A stretch of 32,420 nt of DNA from a virus (taxonomy: Duplodnaviria; Caudoviricetes), in IMG/VR virus record IMGVR_UViG_3300034682_000194, positions 1 to 32,420 of that record. One strand, 5' to 3'. The position numbers were made by a program, and so were the translations under genes. Shown in pieces: positions 6,540 to 16,953 of this stretch (its first letter is position 1; the number at the start of each line of letters is the position of its first letter). The notes below the pieces were generated by a model. That model was not told the DNA's origin. It saw only the letters and a list, made by a program, of their open reading frames with translations, and searched no databases.

Positions 6540-8798
6540 TCATTTTACTTTACGTTTATCGTACATTTTTACCTTCCAGCTAAATGTTACAGGCTGGCCT
6601 GGCGCACTATTTAAAAAGATCCTGAAATTATAACTATCCGCAAAGTCAATCTTATGGCTTGTAGCAGAACCCAAAGATGTTTCTAAAGTTAGCGTAATTT
6701 CTGACTTTAAAGGCAATCTAGATAAGGGCTGAGAGCCAAACGAAATCAAACCGCTGTTTGTAGCGTTAAATGTGATTTGCCCTTGTGCTGATACACGATC
6801 GCCCATCCTTCCGTCTATAAACATTTCAGCCACATTGGCACCATTGGCGAAGTCCTGATAAATATTGGTTGCCCACTGGTCGTTAGTTGATTCCACAAGG
6901 CTTATGACGGTATCGTTATCGAAAAGGAATGGAACTGCATTCGGGTTCTTTAGTTTATTGTTCTTTGTAATCAGTTTTGATACGGTTGCAGCTGGTTGAC
7001 CACTAACTTTTAACGTCCTGAAGTATCCAGCATTTGCGGTGCCGTCTGATGTATTCCCCGTCAGCTCAAGAATGTCAATTTGACCTGTTGCCTCTAAAAA
7101 GAAAAAGTCAGAACATAACTTTGATTTTACTCCAGAAATTTCTATCGTCTCAGCCCCGCTTTCTCTTACATACATTACTGATTTGGCTTTTTTTATATTA
7201 CCGCCAGTGATAGAAATGGAACCTGACTTTGTGGCTCCATAAAGCCGGTATGCGTGAGCCTCATTGTCAGGCATTTCGATGTCGTTACTTATACACTCCA
7301 CACTGATTACGTTTTTAAAACCGATACCAGCTGTCACTGTGCCAGTTTTATTAATACCTTTTATCGTGTTAGCTATTAGCTTTAAATTCTCCGGCTTGGC
7401 GTCAAAGTCTACTGAGTTTTCTGCGGCAATTATTCCAAAAAGGTCGCTATCTATAATCGTATTGCCTACGGCAACGCCAGACCGATTAAACCGAATCCCT
7501 GAGCCGCCCAAGTTGTAGGAGCCTGCCCCTCTAATAGTATTAGAAGAAGCAATGGCATTATAGGACTGTCCGGCAAAGGCAATTGCATCGTCCCCTGTGT
7601 TTATCAAAGTGCACAAAGACACTTTAGAATCGACGCTATTTAATAAGAAAATTCCATCCCGAGCAGTTTCTTCAATGTGGCATAAAACAATATCTATTCT
7701 GGAGCTGGAGTGATTTAAGTTTATTCCTTGCTGAAAGGTCCTTACTATTTTGGCGTTATAGATAGAGATATCTTCGACGTATTGACTAGCGAATATCAGC
7801 CGAGCATTATCTTTGTCATACTCGTCAATCTCAGCGTCATTGGTATAATCACCAAAGTGGATTTGGCTACCTGAACAACCATTCACATTGAACAGTGGAT
7901 TTGTGGCAGTTCTTTGGCAAATCATTGCTCCTTCAGCATTAAACAGAAACTTTCGGGCTGGCGCGATTTCACTGAGCACTAGGTATTTCCCATCTCCTTT
8001 TGCCTCAGTAACTGGAAAAGACTGCATCATTTTATTGAATGCAAGTGAGTTATCAGTGCCGGTTTTTGTGGTCGAATCATAGTCAGGAATTGCACCAAAC
8101 ATTAGCACGTGCGGGTTTTCGAAATTTAATCTTTCAAAACAACCAGACCCAGTACCACTCCAATTCAACAGTGCTGGCAGTGTTGCCCGAGTGCCATTGT
8201 ATAAAGCCAATGCCTTTTCAGCCCAAAGGATCCCGCCATTTGGCCCACGTTTCAGGTGTTGCGATTGATCAGCGCCTGGTAACCAGATGTAGTCGCCTCC
8301 CCCAACCCCTAGACCGTCATGGAATGACAGCGCGGTCTGACGAATGTTAGGTATTTTACGAAGATGCTTTATCCCGGCCACAGGCGCCAGATCACGTCTT
8401 AACTGTGTCACACCAACATCTATCCACTGGCCATCAGGGTAAATTCCGCCAGTGGTTAGTGGAGTAGAGTTTGCAGGCACGGTTTTGTTTAATGCGCCCG
8501 CCCAGCGATATTCGTGGCCGTTGCCGTCGTTAGCGGTGGACCACAACACAGTTTGGTTTCTGGCTGTTACCACTGTGCCAGTGAAGAAGTCACCCGCGCT
8601 TACCATTATGATGGCATCCAGTGCCGACTGGTGCTCTAACTCGAAACCCTTCAGTGTTGGCCTTGTTTTATTCAACCGATCCTGAAATGTGGCCAGCTCT
8701 GAATTAATCGCTAAATCCAAATTCCCAGCATTGTCATACATATCTCGTGGATCGGTGGAGCCGCCAGTACCAACAGGGTTTCTCGTGTTGTGCTTCAT
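6540..8798 (-). CDS. Tailspike / putative polysaccharide depolymerase (right-handed beta-helix)
   Basis: N-terminal virion anchor (NPVG.GGSTDPRDMYDNAGNLD; YRWAGALNKTVPANSTPLTTGG), FGA...D....DN..AF motif, parallel beta-helix repeats (TGDDAIAF, GNTI, ANTI). Confidence 0.88.
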   Translation of the reverse strand: MKHNTRNPVGTGGSTDPRDMYDNAGNLDLAINSELATFQDRLNKTRPTLKGFELEHQSALDAIIMVSAGDFFTGTVVTARNQTVLWSTANDGNGHEYRWAGALNKTVPANSTPLTTGGIYPDGQWIDVGVTQLRRDLAPVAGIKHLRKIPNIRQTALSFHDGLGVGGGDYIWLPGADQSQHLKRGPNGGILWAEKALALYNGTRATLPALLNWSGTGSGCFERLNFENPHVLMFGAIPDYDSTTKTGTDNSLAFNKMMQSFPVTEAKGDGKYLVLSEIAPARKFLFNAEGAMICQRTATNPLFNVNGCSGSQIHFGDYTNDAEIDEYDKDNARLIFASQYVEDISIYNAKIVRTFQQGINLNHSSSRIDIVLCHIEETARDGIFLLNSVDSKVSLCTLINTGDDAIAFAGQSYNAIASSNTIRGAGSYNLGGSGIRFNRSGVAVGNTIIDSDLFGIIAAENSVDFDAKPENLKLIANTIKGINKTGTVTAGIGFKNVISVECISNDIEMPDNEAHAYRLYGATKSGSISITGGNIKKAKSVMYVRESGAETIEISGVKSKLCSDFFFLEATGQIDILELTGNTSDGTANAGYFRTLKVSGQPAATVSKLITKNNKLKNPNAVPFLFDNDTVISLVESTNDQWATNIYQDFANGANVAEMFIDGRMGDRVSAQGQITFNATNSGLISFGSQPLSRLPLKSEITLTLETSLGSATSHKIDFADSYNFRIFLNSAPGQPVTFSWKVKMYDKRKVK

Positions 8799-8820
8799 AG
8801 TTTCTTCCCATGTAAATGCG

Positions 8821-8843
8821 AAAACCCGCCGAAGCGGGTTTTT
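8821..8843. terminator. Intrinsic (possibly bidirectional) terminator between tip gene and tailspike
   Basis: aaaacccgccgaagcgggttttt; UUCG loop on the minus strand, with A/T runs on both sides. Confidence 0.7.
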
Positions 8844-8862
8844 AGTGGTATTTGGTTAGGTA

Positions 8863-11838
8863 TTAATCGGGCTGACTATCGTCGTACTTGTACAAGTCGG
8901 GCGTGTAGTTCAAGCCCTTTACGCTGCAGCGGCGGTTTTCGTCCGGTTCAATCGACTCGATCAGCATAGGGTAGCCAACGCTGCTTGAAGAGCAGAACAG
9001 CAGCCGCGGCGGTTCTATGCTCCAGTCGGTTTTCCAGTCGATGTTTTCAGCTGGCAGGCTGAGTCTGTAGTCGTCAATTTCTGTCGGGATCAACAAGCTG
9101 GTTAAGCTGCCGTCTTGCCTGCGGATATAGCAGCGCGGTGCTGGAAATGTCCAATCCAGCGGTTCGCTTACCGTTATTACTGCCGTACCACCGCTAATGT
9201 CGATGGCTTCCACCAGGCAACTGATGTTTTGATCGCCTGGTATGTCGTTGCTCATGATGATCAGGTCAAGGTATCGGTAGGCCAGCGCGTCCATTTCGGT
9301 TTTCGTGTTGGCCGTCAGCCGCTGCAGTCGATACTTCATTAAACGGCGCATGCCAATGCGCCATGCCCGGGTGCGCGATTTCACGCCGTCCAGCGTGTAG
9401 GTTTCTACTTTCAGCGCTATTAATCCTGGCAGCCGGCATTCCACTATTTCTTCGGTAAATGTTACCGGGTCGACGTACTTCACATCTACGCCGCTGTAAT
9501 CGTCAGGCCCAGGGGCGCTGAAGGATATTTTAAGCTCCGACTCCTGATCATGCGGTGTTAGCATGCCACGCGGTGTTTGCACACCTTCGCGAACGGCTGA
9601 CACTAAACCGTCGTCCAGAACCGGTGTCGACATGCCAGCGCCTAACACCATTTGCAGTGCGTCTTTTACCGCCACCTGCTTAGTAAAGCTGTAATCGAAG
9701 GTTTCACCACGGGGCGTGTAGTACTGGCTCTGCAGGTATTGCACAGTCTCAATATCCAGCTCTGGCAGGGTAAGTCCTGCACTTTCGCAAATGTAGCGCC
9801 AGGCACCGTAAATACTTTGGTTGGCGCCCTCTTCATAAATCTTAATGGCTTCGACCGATACTTTACGATCGGACATCGCAGACAACCTGTCACCTGTACG
9901 CACTGTAATAGCAATGCTGGTGATGTCGTTGTATGCCGTGGGCCTTTCAAGCAGGCGACCTCGTAACCCAAGCCACTGAGCTTTGTCCATGCTGTTAGAC
10001 CAGTCGTTGTATTCGATGCTGCGCATACGGATCATCGGCCTGATGGGCGTTGGAAAGTCCAGAAACTCAGTCACACCAAAGGCGTCGCGGGTCATACCCT
10101 TGTATGTTTTGGTAACACCAGTCCATACACCTGTTTCGACGTTAGCCCACTCAACCCGGACAATAGCTCGGTACTCAACGTCGCGGCCCTTCTTATCAAC
10201 GTGGATCAGGCCTTGAGGGAAAAACATATCCCACTCGATACGGTCAACCACTTCACCTTCAGGGCATACCACAAAGGGGCCTATCCAGTTATCCGTCAGC
10301 GTGGCTTTAGCATTGAGCGAAAAATCGAGCAAGGTGCGGTTTGCAAAGCCAGGCCATCCTGTATCCACAACACCTGTGGAGTTCAGCCGGTTCAGGCTTA
10401 CAGTTAAGTCGTCGATGTCAGTAATAACAAACTGATCACCACGGTAACCCAAAGCTAAACGCTGCTTGCCAATGGGTAAACCTTTAAACGGCGCGTTGTT
10501 TTCGTACTTCAATGTAAGCAGAGCTGGCTGCTCTGGCATACCTGTAGTGTAAGTCGGGCTTCCGAAAACAGAGGGCGGCTCGCCGCTTTGACTGATCGGC
10601 AAACACAAAAACGGGTCTGATGTTTCAATGATCTGCAGGTTTCCAAACTTGCTTTGTGCCGTAAGCCCCATGCCAGAAAGCTGAGAATCTACAGCCGAAA
10701 CTAAGCTGCCAAAGCTCGTATAGTTCTCGTCTAATGTCAGGCTTCTTGTCTCACCATCAAATGAGATAGACCAGGTTACTGCAGTTGAAAAATCAAGGGT
10801 TGTTGGTGGAGCACTAGCCAGCACTGAAGATGGAACAGCGGCCGCACCTGGTGTGTAGGATGCGACCACAAGCTCTAAATCTTCAGTAGGTGTCACCAGT
10901 GAGATTGGCATACCAACGTAAGGGGCTAAATCATTCAACTGCCCTGCTATAGTGCTGTACGCCCCAGCTTCATCGACAAGATAATCGTTTGGTGTCTGCA
11001 GCTTAATAACAGTGCCGACTATCCAGCTGCTGTTTATTGCGGCATCGCTGCCAAGCAGTGTGATGGTCCTATTGTTCAGCACCAGAGCGCTGGCTGAAGA
11101 TGCTGAATACTCAACAGGTGATCCTAAATCAAGGCCAGCTGTCGCCGATTTACTGGATCCAACCTCTGGAGACAAATACCAGTTTTCTGACCGTGGGTCT
11201 GCCGATACATCTGCACCAGGGGGGTAAACAACATGCTGCAAATCTTCACCAAATGCCGAGAACGGCGTGGATCCAATTTTCTTGCCGCTGGCTGGCAAGC
11301 TGAACTCACCCACACCCACACTTAAAAACAATTGCGTGCGTACATCGCGGGGCCCATAAAAACGGGTTACAGGTTGCACTAAATAGTCGGGGTAAACTTT
11401 GTCTCGCCCCAACACTTCACGGATTGGCTCGTACAACCTCACGCTGTTAGCCTTCGCTGTGCTGGTATTCAGCTGATTACCAGCCTCTTGGCCGCCCATA
11501 GCATCAGGCATAGCAGATAGCGTATACACAACTGCAACAGCGAGCACTGCAATAGAAATCCACATTAAGGTTGCAGCTTCCAGCCCTCGCGGTACCGGAT
11601 AAATCCGCACATCATCAGCAGGTGTTACGCTGCATTGGCCCCACTCTGCTGGGTCTATAGTCAGGCCATTTACATCAATACTGATTGGGTGCTGTGGCTT
11701 GGCTAAATCGAAGTTTTTCACATTACGCTGCAGCCAATCTGCCAGCGTAATACTAAAGTGAACCGGGTGCGATTCCAGTGGCTGGCCAGTGCCTGGGTAA
11801 ATGTTAATTGGATGGCGTGATGGAAACACTTTAATCAT
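8863..11838 (-). CDS. Host-specificity / central tail tip protein (TipJ-like)
   Basis: 991 aa after the NlpC/P60 gene; N-terminal ubiquitin-like PVPRG + hydrophobic segment, PIREVLG..KVYPDY, FPQGL, GV...TRAWRIGMRRL. Confidence 0.85.
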   Translation of the reverse strand: MIKVFPSRHPINIYPGTGQPLESHPVHFSITLADWLQRNVKNFDLAKPQHPISIDVNGLTIDPAEWGQCSVTPADDVRIYPVPRGLEAATLMWISIAVLAVAVVYTLSAMPDAMGGQEAGNQLNTSTAKANSVRLYEPIREVLGRDKVYPDYLVQPVTRFYGPRDVRTQLFLSVGVGEFSLPASGKKIGSTPFSAFGEDLQHVVYPPGADVSADPRSENWYLSPEVGSSKSATAGLDLGSPVEYSASSASALVLNNRTITLLGSDAAINSSWIVGTVIKLQTPNDYLVDEAGAYSTIAGQLNDLAPYVGMPISLVTPTEDLELVVASYTPGAAAVPSSVLASAPPTTLDFSTAVTWSISFDGETRSLTLDENYTSFGSLVSAVDSQLSGMGLTAQSKFGNLQIIETSDPFLCLPISQSGEPPSVFGSPTYTTGMPEQPALLTLKYENNAPFKGLPIGKQRLALGYRGDQFVITDIDDLTVSLNRLNSTGVVDTGWPGFANRTLLDFSLNAKATLTDNWIGPFVVCPEGEVVDRIEWDMFFPQGLIHVDKKGRDVEYRAIVRVEWANVETGVWTGVTKTYKGMTRDAFGVTEFLDFPTPIRPMIRMRSIEYNDWSNSMDKAQWLGLRGRLLERPTAYNDITSIAITVRTGDRLSAMSDRKVSVEAIKIYEEGANQSIYGAWRYICESAGLTLPELDIETVQYLQSQYYTPRGETFDYSFTKQVAVKDALQMVLGAGMSTPVLDDGLVSAVREGVQTPRGMLTPHDQESELKISFSAPGPDDYSGVDVKYVDPVTFTEEIVECRLPGLIALKVETYTLDGVKSRTRAWRIGMRRLMKYRLQRLTANTKTEMDALAYRYLDLIIMSNDIPGDQNISCLVEAIDISGGTAVITVSEPLDWTFPAPRCYIRRQDGSLTSLLIPTEIDDYRLSLPAENIDWKTDWSIEPPRLLFCSSSSVGYPMLIESIEPDENRRCSVKGLNYTPDLYKYDDSQPD

Positions 11839-12215
11839 GGGTAAAACTCCACCCGCAAAAACTTACGCCTAAAGCGGCCCAGCGGCACACAACTAACATT
11901 CGTGCCTGGGTTACACTCGAGAACTGCCAGCCCTGTTGGCGTATTCACCACAATACCTACATGCACCATTAAACTGGCTCTATAGCAACAGGCCACTGCG
12001 CCTTCATGCGGTTCGCACTGCGGCAGGTTAACTAAGTGCTGTTTTGCCACCTGCTGCATGCCGTTTTGCTTAGTCACACCGTCAAAAATAGGCCATGGCG
12101 GCAACTGCAGGTCTTCACGCACTTTCAGCACAATGCCGTAACAGTCAATTTCAGGCCAAGCGCGGCCGCCCTCAACCCATTTGGCGCTGAGGTAGTTTTC
12201 AACATTCACTGTCAT
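11835..12215 (-). CDS. NlpC/P60-like tail tip assembly protein
   Basis: W..GGR.WP.IDCYG...HVGIV (Cys/His dyad). Confidence 0.85.
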   Translation of the reverse strand: MTVNVENYLSAKWVEGGRAWPEIDCYGIVLKVREDLQLPPWPIFDGVTKQNGMQQVAKQHLVNLPQCEPHEGAVACCYRASLMVHVGIVVNTPTGLAVLECNPGTNVSCVPLGRFRRKFLRVEFYP

Positions 12216-12694
12216 GATATGTACCGTAAGCCCGGGTATTCGTTGGGGGTAAACCGTTTACGCGGCCATGCCGTATCTAAAATGTTCATGTAGCCGGCCA
12301 CTATGTCGGCCTGCATGGGAGACCAATTGCCACCCTTTACTGTTAGCGTAAAAGGTCGTTCTGCTGGGGCGCTTAAATCGTGCTCTGTATACATTCGTAT
12401 AGTGACAAGGCCAGTGCGGTTGCCAGCGATCATGTCGCGCAAATGTGTGCTTACCAGGCCAGTAATATTACACAATGCTATTTGCAAATCCTGAGTACCA
12501 TCGGCATTACGCGCTGGCTGAGCAATTTGCATTGGGTAGGCTTCAAAGGTTTTTACGCTGCCATCTTCCAACGCTGCGGTCAGTTCGTCATAACCTTCAA
12601 CGAGGAAAAAGTGGTTTACCCCGTCGTTAAATTCCAGCGTGGTAAAAATAACCTCAGGGCCACCGCTTACATACAGAGTGTCTAATACTGTCAT
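12212..12694 (-). CDS. DUF1833-family tail tip protein
   Basis: YVSGGPEVIFTTLE...QDLQIALCNITG...WPRKRFTP..YPGL; ATGA overlap with the upstream gene. Confidence 0.8.
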   Translation of the reverse strand: MTVLDTLYVSGGPEVIFTTLEFNDGVNHFFLVEGYDELTAALEDGSVKTFEAYPMQIAQPARNADGTQDLQIALCNITGLVSTHLRDMIAGNRTGLVTIRMYTEHDLSAPAERPFTLTVKGGNWSPMQADIVAGYMNILDTAWPRKRFTPNEYPGLRYIS

Positions 12695-13158
12695 GCTTGT
12701 GGCCACTCGCTGTTTAATGCCATGTCGATCACGTTGTTATAGCGTATTGCCGCTGGGTAATAGATGGCCCATGCCGGATCCACAATCGGCCGCTCCCATA
12801 GTTCCAATACCGCCTGATAGCGCCAAAAATTACCTACAGGCTTAGGGCCGTCGTAAATATCAACAAAGCGGCATTTGTATGGCTGCATTCCCAAAGGGGT
12901 TTTCAGCTTCATGTAAAAGTAACTGGCGCCATCCTGCAAAACACCTGCATACCAGGCTTCAAACAGCTGAGCCTGTCCTGGTTGGGTGAACTGCCAGCTT
13001 ACATCGACTTGCGTAGGTGTACTTTTATAGCGGCGGCGCTGCTTTGCACGGCCACTTTCCATAGTGGTACGCATCAACGGGCTTACTGGCGTTAATCCAT
13101 AGCCGTCGCGCAGCGGGTACGGCAGCAAGTCGTGTGGGTATTCCGGCAAATCGGCCAT
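12691..13158 (-). CDS. Minor (distal) tail protein
   Basis: LPYPLRDGYG...RTTMESGRAKQRRRY...FEAWY...G..YF; located after the tape measure gene. Confidence 0.8.
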   Translation of the reverse strand: MADLPEYPHDLLPYPLRDGYGLTPVSPLMRTTMESGRAKQRRRYKSTPTQVDVSWQFTQPGQAQLFEAWYAGVLQDGASYFYMKLKTPLGMQPYKCRFVDIYDGPKPVGNFWRYQAVLELWERPIVDPAWAIYYPAAIRYNNVIDMALNSEWPQA

Positions 13159-15488
13159 TATTTCTTCCTTCTGCTAACAGACCAACCACCCTGCACCGCC
13201 TTGCTCACATCGCCGCGGCCTGTGGCTAAATCGCCGGATATTTTCTGGTAAGCCATAGCGGCGCCGTCGTTGGCCGCCTTTTTAATCAACTGCAGGGTTT
13301 GATCGTCCGGGTTGCCGTTGATTGTCATTGGCATCGATATAGAAACACTATTCCTTGAGCCTGAGTTTAACTGTGTTGCTACATTAGCGTTCAAATCGTA
13401 ACTATCGGTGTCTTCATCAATGCCACGCCGGATCCTATCTAGCTTGGTAACACCAATTCTGGCTGTCGCTGCGGCATCAAATACAAACTCCTTACCATGC
13501 ACAACACCAGCAACTTCGTTCACACCCTTGTTGCCTGTGTAGCCACCAGCTTGATAACCAGGTACCTGTGATTCTCTGACAGTAGCAAGCTGCACAGCAC
13601 CAGCTGCTATTACTGCGCCTGATGCAACTAAGTTGAGCGGGAACGGGTTGTCACGATAAGCACGCATTGCACCCTGAGCGGTAGAAATAACGATATCCGC
13701 AATGGCAAAGGCTCGGCTTGCAGCAAACAAAGCTTTGTAAATGCCGCTCTGTTTACCTTTAAAATTTTCAGCAATTGTTGCCAGATTGCCAAACATTGAG
13801 GCCGAATTGCTGGTGATCAACTGCGCGTTCTGCAGCTGATACATTTGCTTTTCGTCTTCAGCGCGTTTTTTTATCTCGAGTAAAAGGTTTTCACCGTACT
13901 CTGTAATACCGCCAACTTGCTCGTAGTATTTACGGACAATTTCAGCCTGTCGGTCGTAGTAACTTTGGATCTGAGCCTCTTCAGTCTCATAGTCCAGTCC
14001 TATCCATTTAACCTGCTCAAAATCTTGTTTTGCTTTGTCTGCGTAGGCCTGTTCGATGTCGAACATCCGATCCAAGCCGTCAGAAACCGCTTTGGTTTGC
14101 CGCTCTGCCAGCTCAGCTTTTTGCTTGTCGAGGTCAGCCAATTCTTTTTCAGAATATGCTTTTCGCATTTCCTCCAAAGTCTTATAGCCAAGTCGTGCAA
14201 GGCCCTGCTCGTCCACATACAGTTGCTGAATCTTTTCAAGGCGTTGCTTACTGGCCGTTTCAAGCTTTTCACGCTCACTGGCATACTGCAGATCCATTTG
14301 ATCAAGCAGGGACTGTGACTGTTGCTTTCTGGCTTCAAGCTCAGACTTAGCCGTTGTTTTGTTAATAAAGCCGGTACCTGCAGAGCTCTCGCCGCCCTGA
14401 GCCTTCACCTCTGAACCTGAAGCCGATGGCGCTTCGAAACCCCGCATTTCACGGTAACGTTTAGTATTGGCCTCTAATCTATTACCTACTTCGTCAATTT
14501 CAGCTTTTACTTCTCCAATGGCTTGCTGATTTGTAGTAAACCGACTCCAGTCAAAGCCGTATTTTTTGCCGTTTTGCAGGTCTTTCAGTTCGGCTTTTAA
14601 TTCTTTGACGGCATCCTGATCGTTGAGGATGGCGTTGGCCAATCCGCTGTCTGTCAGAGGGTTTTCGCGCATTTTGTCAAACATCAACGCGACATCTTGC
14701 GCCCAATCAGCATAAAGATCGGCCATACCTTTTACTAAAGGTGTTGCTGAAATAAGAGCATTTCTCAGAGATGTATCTACAATTTGGCTGGTTTCTTTGA
14801 GCTTTTTGTTAAGTTCTTCTGACTCTTTAATCATTGATTCAGAAAGGACGCCAGACGTAGTTTCCATGCTGTTCGCCAGGTCAATAAAACTCCGGCCATT
14901 GTCGTCTGTAATTTTGGATAAACGCTGGCCAGTATCACCAGCGATCTGCAGGAGGAACAAGTTGCGCTCTTGCTTACTTTCGAGTGTGCCCAGCGCTTCG
15001 GTCATCTTAATGAACATTTCGTCTGGCGCCAATCCTCTAAATTCACGCACATCAATGTTCATTTTTTCGAACATGTCCACCGCTTCGCCGGTACCAATCT
15101 CTGCCAGCTCTGTAATACGCTCAGAAACATCCTTCAGCATATCGCCGAATTCTTCCATAGGAACACCCATCTGCTCGGCAGCATAAGTGAGCTTTTGAAA
15201 ACGCTCACTGTTTATGCCAAGCGATGCAGACAAGTTGTTCATCTGGGCTATTTCACGGTTTGCATCCATGATGGCCGTTGAAAGCCCGGTTGCCATACCG
15301 ACCAAAGCCAGTCCGGCGCCACCAGCAAACGAAGCCATGTTTTTCAAACTTAATGACGACTTCAAAGAGCTGTCTTCAACTTCTTTTGCAAACTTTTTGG
15401 TGCTTTCAGAGGCTTCACCAAATGCAGCACTATATTGGTCTGCATTGGCTTTCAGCATGAATACTAAGTCAGCTATTTTGTTGGACAC
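13158..15488 (-). CDS. Tail tape measure protein
   Basis: 776 aa helical/coiled-coil; N-terminal IADLVFMLKAN, C-terminal GYQAGGYTG...AGVVHGKEFV. Confidence 0.92.
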   Translation of the reverse strand: MSNKIADLVFMLKANADQYSAAFGEASESTKKFAKEVEDSSLKSSLSLKNMASFAGGAGLALVGMATGLSTAIMDANREIAQMNNLSASLGINSERFQKLTYAAEQMGVPMEEFGDMLKDVSERITELAEIGTGEAVDMFEKMNIDVREFRGLAPDEMFIKMTEALGTLESKQERNLFLLQIAGDTGQRLSKITDDNGRSFIDLANSMETTSGVLSESMIKESEELNKKLKETSQIVDTSLRNALISATPLVKGMADLYADWAQDVALMFDKMRENPLTDSGLANAILNDQDAVKELKAELKDLQNGKKYGFDWSRFTTNQQAIGEVKAEIDEVGNRLEANTKRYREMRGFEAPSASGSEVKAQGGESSAGTGFINKTTAKSELEARKQQSQSLLDQMDLQYASEREKLETASKQRLEKIQQLYVDEQGLARLGYKTLEEMRKAYSEKELADLDKQKAELAERQTKAVSDGLDRMFDIEQAYADKAKQDFEQVKWIGLDYETEEAQIQSYYDRQAEIVRKYYEQVGGITEYGENLLLEIKKRAEDEKQMYQLQNAQLITSNSASMFGNLATIAENFKGKQSGIYKALFAASRAFAIADIVISTAQGAMRAYRDNPFPLNLVASGAVIAAGAVQLATVRESQVPGYQAGGYTGNKGVNEVAGVVHGKEFVFDAAATARIGVTKLDRIRRGIDEDTDSYDLNANVATQLNSGSRNSVSISMPMTINGNPDDQTLQLIKKAANDGAAMAYQKISGDLATGRGDVSKAVQGGWSVSRRKK

Positions 15489-15756
15489 TCTGGATACCTT
15501 TCATCATTTGGTACATTTCTTCAGGGGTCTGCTCTATGACTTTGTGTCTGTCAAACAACCTGAAGTCAGCCGGGCTCAAACTCTGTGCGTTGGAGGACCT
15601 ATTGTTGTTGTAATACATACTAATTAACTGGCTCATGTGTCGGTCAAAGATCTGAGCTGTAATGGGTGTTTCAATCTCAAAGTACTGCTGCCATTCGCTG
15701 AACTGGCTTGCAGACAGTTGTGACAGCATGTGATCTACGTCCCTTTCACCGAGCAA
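15469..15756 (-). CDS. Tail assembly chaperone T part (gpGT via -1 frameshift)
   Basis: MLSQLSASQFSEWQQYF motif; frame is open back to the GGGAAAG slippery site in G. Confidence 0.8.
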   Translation of the reverse strand: MLGERDVDHMLSQLSASQFSEWQQYFEIETPITAQIFDRHMSQLISMYYNNNRSSNAQSLSPADFRLFDRHKVIEQTPEEMYQMMKGIQSVQQNS

Positions 15757-15776
15757 AGCCGCTAATCTATATGCGT

Positions 15777-16145
15777 TTACTCGGTCTGGCTGGTTTCTGA
15801 GGTGGAGCCGGCTTGAGGCTTTCCCAGCAAGAACTCCAGTTCAGATAATTCACATGCAACATCAAAAATCTGCTGCATAGCTTTTCTGCTGAATAACTTT
15901 GGAATATCCCGCACCTGTTCTTCGGTGAAGGTAAGCTCACCATCTTCATTGCGAACACTGCGCTGGATGACCAACGCGGTAATAGTAAGCTCGTGGCCGC
16001 GTGTGAAATCTTCTTTGGGTAAATCAAAGAACTGAGTCACTGTGTCGACCACCGCAACACGGTCTGAGGCTGCCATTTCAAAAACCAGTACAGTCTTTGG
16101 TCCAACTGGTACCTCTTTGTTATTCAAGTACTGAGCTAAACCCAT
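15777..16145 (-). CDS. Tail assembly chaperone G
   Basis: Between tail tube and tape measure; contains ...LLGK encoded by G GGA AAG. Confidence 0.8.
   Translation of the reverse strand: MGLAQYLNNKEVPVGPKTVLVFEMAASDRVAVVDTVTQFFDLPKEDFTRGHELTITALVIQRSVRNEDGELTFTEEQVRDIPKLFSRKAMQQIFDVACELSELEFLLGKPQAGSTSETSQTE
15819..15825 (-). other. Programmed -1 ribosomal frameshift site GGGAAAG
   Basis: Same heptamer as lambda G/T; the -1 frame reads GKASSRLHLRNQPDRVNAYRLAALLGERDVDH into the T ORF without a stop. Confidence 0.88.
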
Positions 16146-16558
16146 GTGATATCCTCAATTTTACCGGAGAGTTTCAGCTTAATTTTGCGCTGAAGCTTTT
16201 TCTCGATCGGTATTTCAGTACTAACGCTGACCACAACAGCTTTGTACTGATGACCGGGTTTGGCCGTCAGCGGATAACACAGCTGCTGTTCAACTTTGGT
16301 GTTTGTGTTAAATGCTGAAATTAAAGCGTCTAATCCGGGGTTAGCTGCATCCAGGTAGCGAATTGTAAGCTCTTGTTCACCTGGCTCACGCAAACCACCC
16401 TCGTGCTCCCGCCAATCGTTGTCTTCCTCACCGCCAAACGGAGTAACGTCTTCTGTCTCACGCGTTGGCATAATAGGCGTCATTGCAATTACATCTGCAA
16501 CTTCTACAAAGGTTTCCCCTACTTTCAGTCGGTATTTCGTAAATTTGCCTAGCGACAT
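16136..16558 (-). CDS. Major tail tube protein (gpV-like)
   Basis: 140 aa; ETEDVT...WREHEGGLREPGE...KIKLKLSGK. Confidence 0.85.
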   Translation of the reverse strand: MSLGKFTKYRLKVGETFVEVADVIAMTPIMPTRETEDVTPFGGEEDNDWREHEGGLREPGEQELTIRYLDAANPGLDALISAFNTNTKVEQQLCYPLTAKPGHQYKAVVVSVSTEIPIEKKLQRKIKLKLSGKIEDITWV

Positions 16559-16560
16559 GG

Positions 16561-16953
16561 CTATAGCTCCTTTTGGACAATAAAACGTTGTTCATAGACA
16601 CCGATAAAACTATCCGGGTCATAAATGTATTCGTAATCAACGGGTAACCAAGTGCAACCTGCAAGCCCTTGATGGAGTTCAGTAAGCTCTAAAAGCTTTG
16701 CTGCCGCATCATCAAGATCATCAGCTGGGTTTTCGCGGGAATCAGTCCAGAGCTCGACTACTACCATGAACTGATCGTCAGTCAGGTTGTGCCCCTGTTC
16801 AAACTGGCCCGTGTCTATGTAAAAGACAGCTAAAACCTCGCCTTGTACTGTGTCGATTTTCGATTCTTTAAAGTCGATCACTTTCAAATAATGAGGCTGT
16901 AGAAGTGTTTTTAAGGCTTTTCTGAAGGCTTTTCTGTGGTTGTAATCAGCCAT
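16561..16953 (-). CDS. Tail terminator (gpU-like)
   Basis: HRKAFRKAL...AVFY...DDLD...YEYIYD, acidic, 130 aa, upstream of the tail tube gene. Confidence 0.7.
   Translation of the reverse strand: MADYNHRKAFRKALKTLLQPHYLKVIDFKESKIDTVQGEVLAVFYIDTGQFEQGHNLTDDQFMVVVELWTDSRENPADDLDDAAAKLLELTELHQGLAGCTWLPVDYEYIYDPDSFIGVYEQRFIVQKEL

Noticed and set aside
6540-11838. Diversity-generating retroelement or invertible tail-fibre cassette
   Set aside because: No reverse transcriptase, no TR/VR pair and no invertase with inverted repeats seen near the tail genes.
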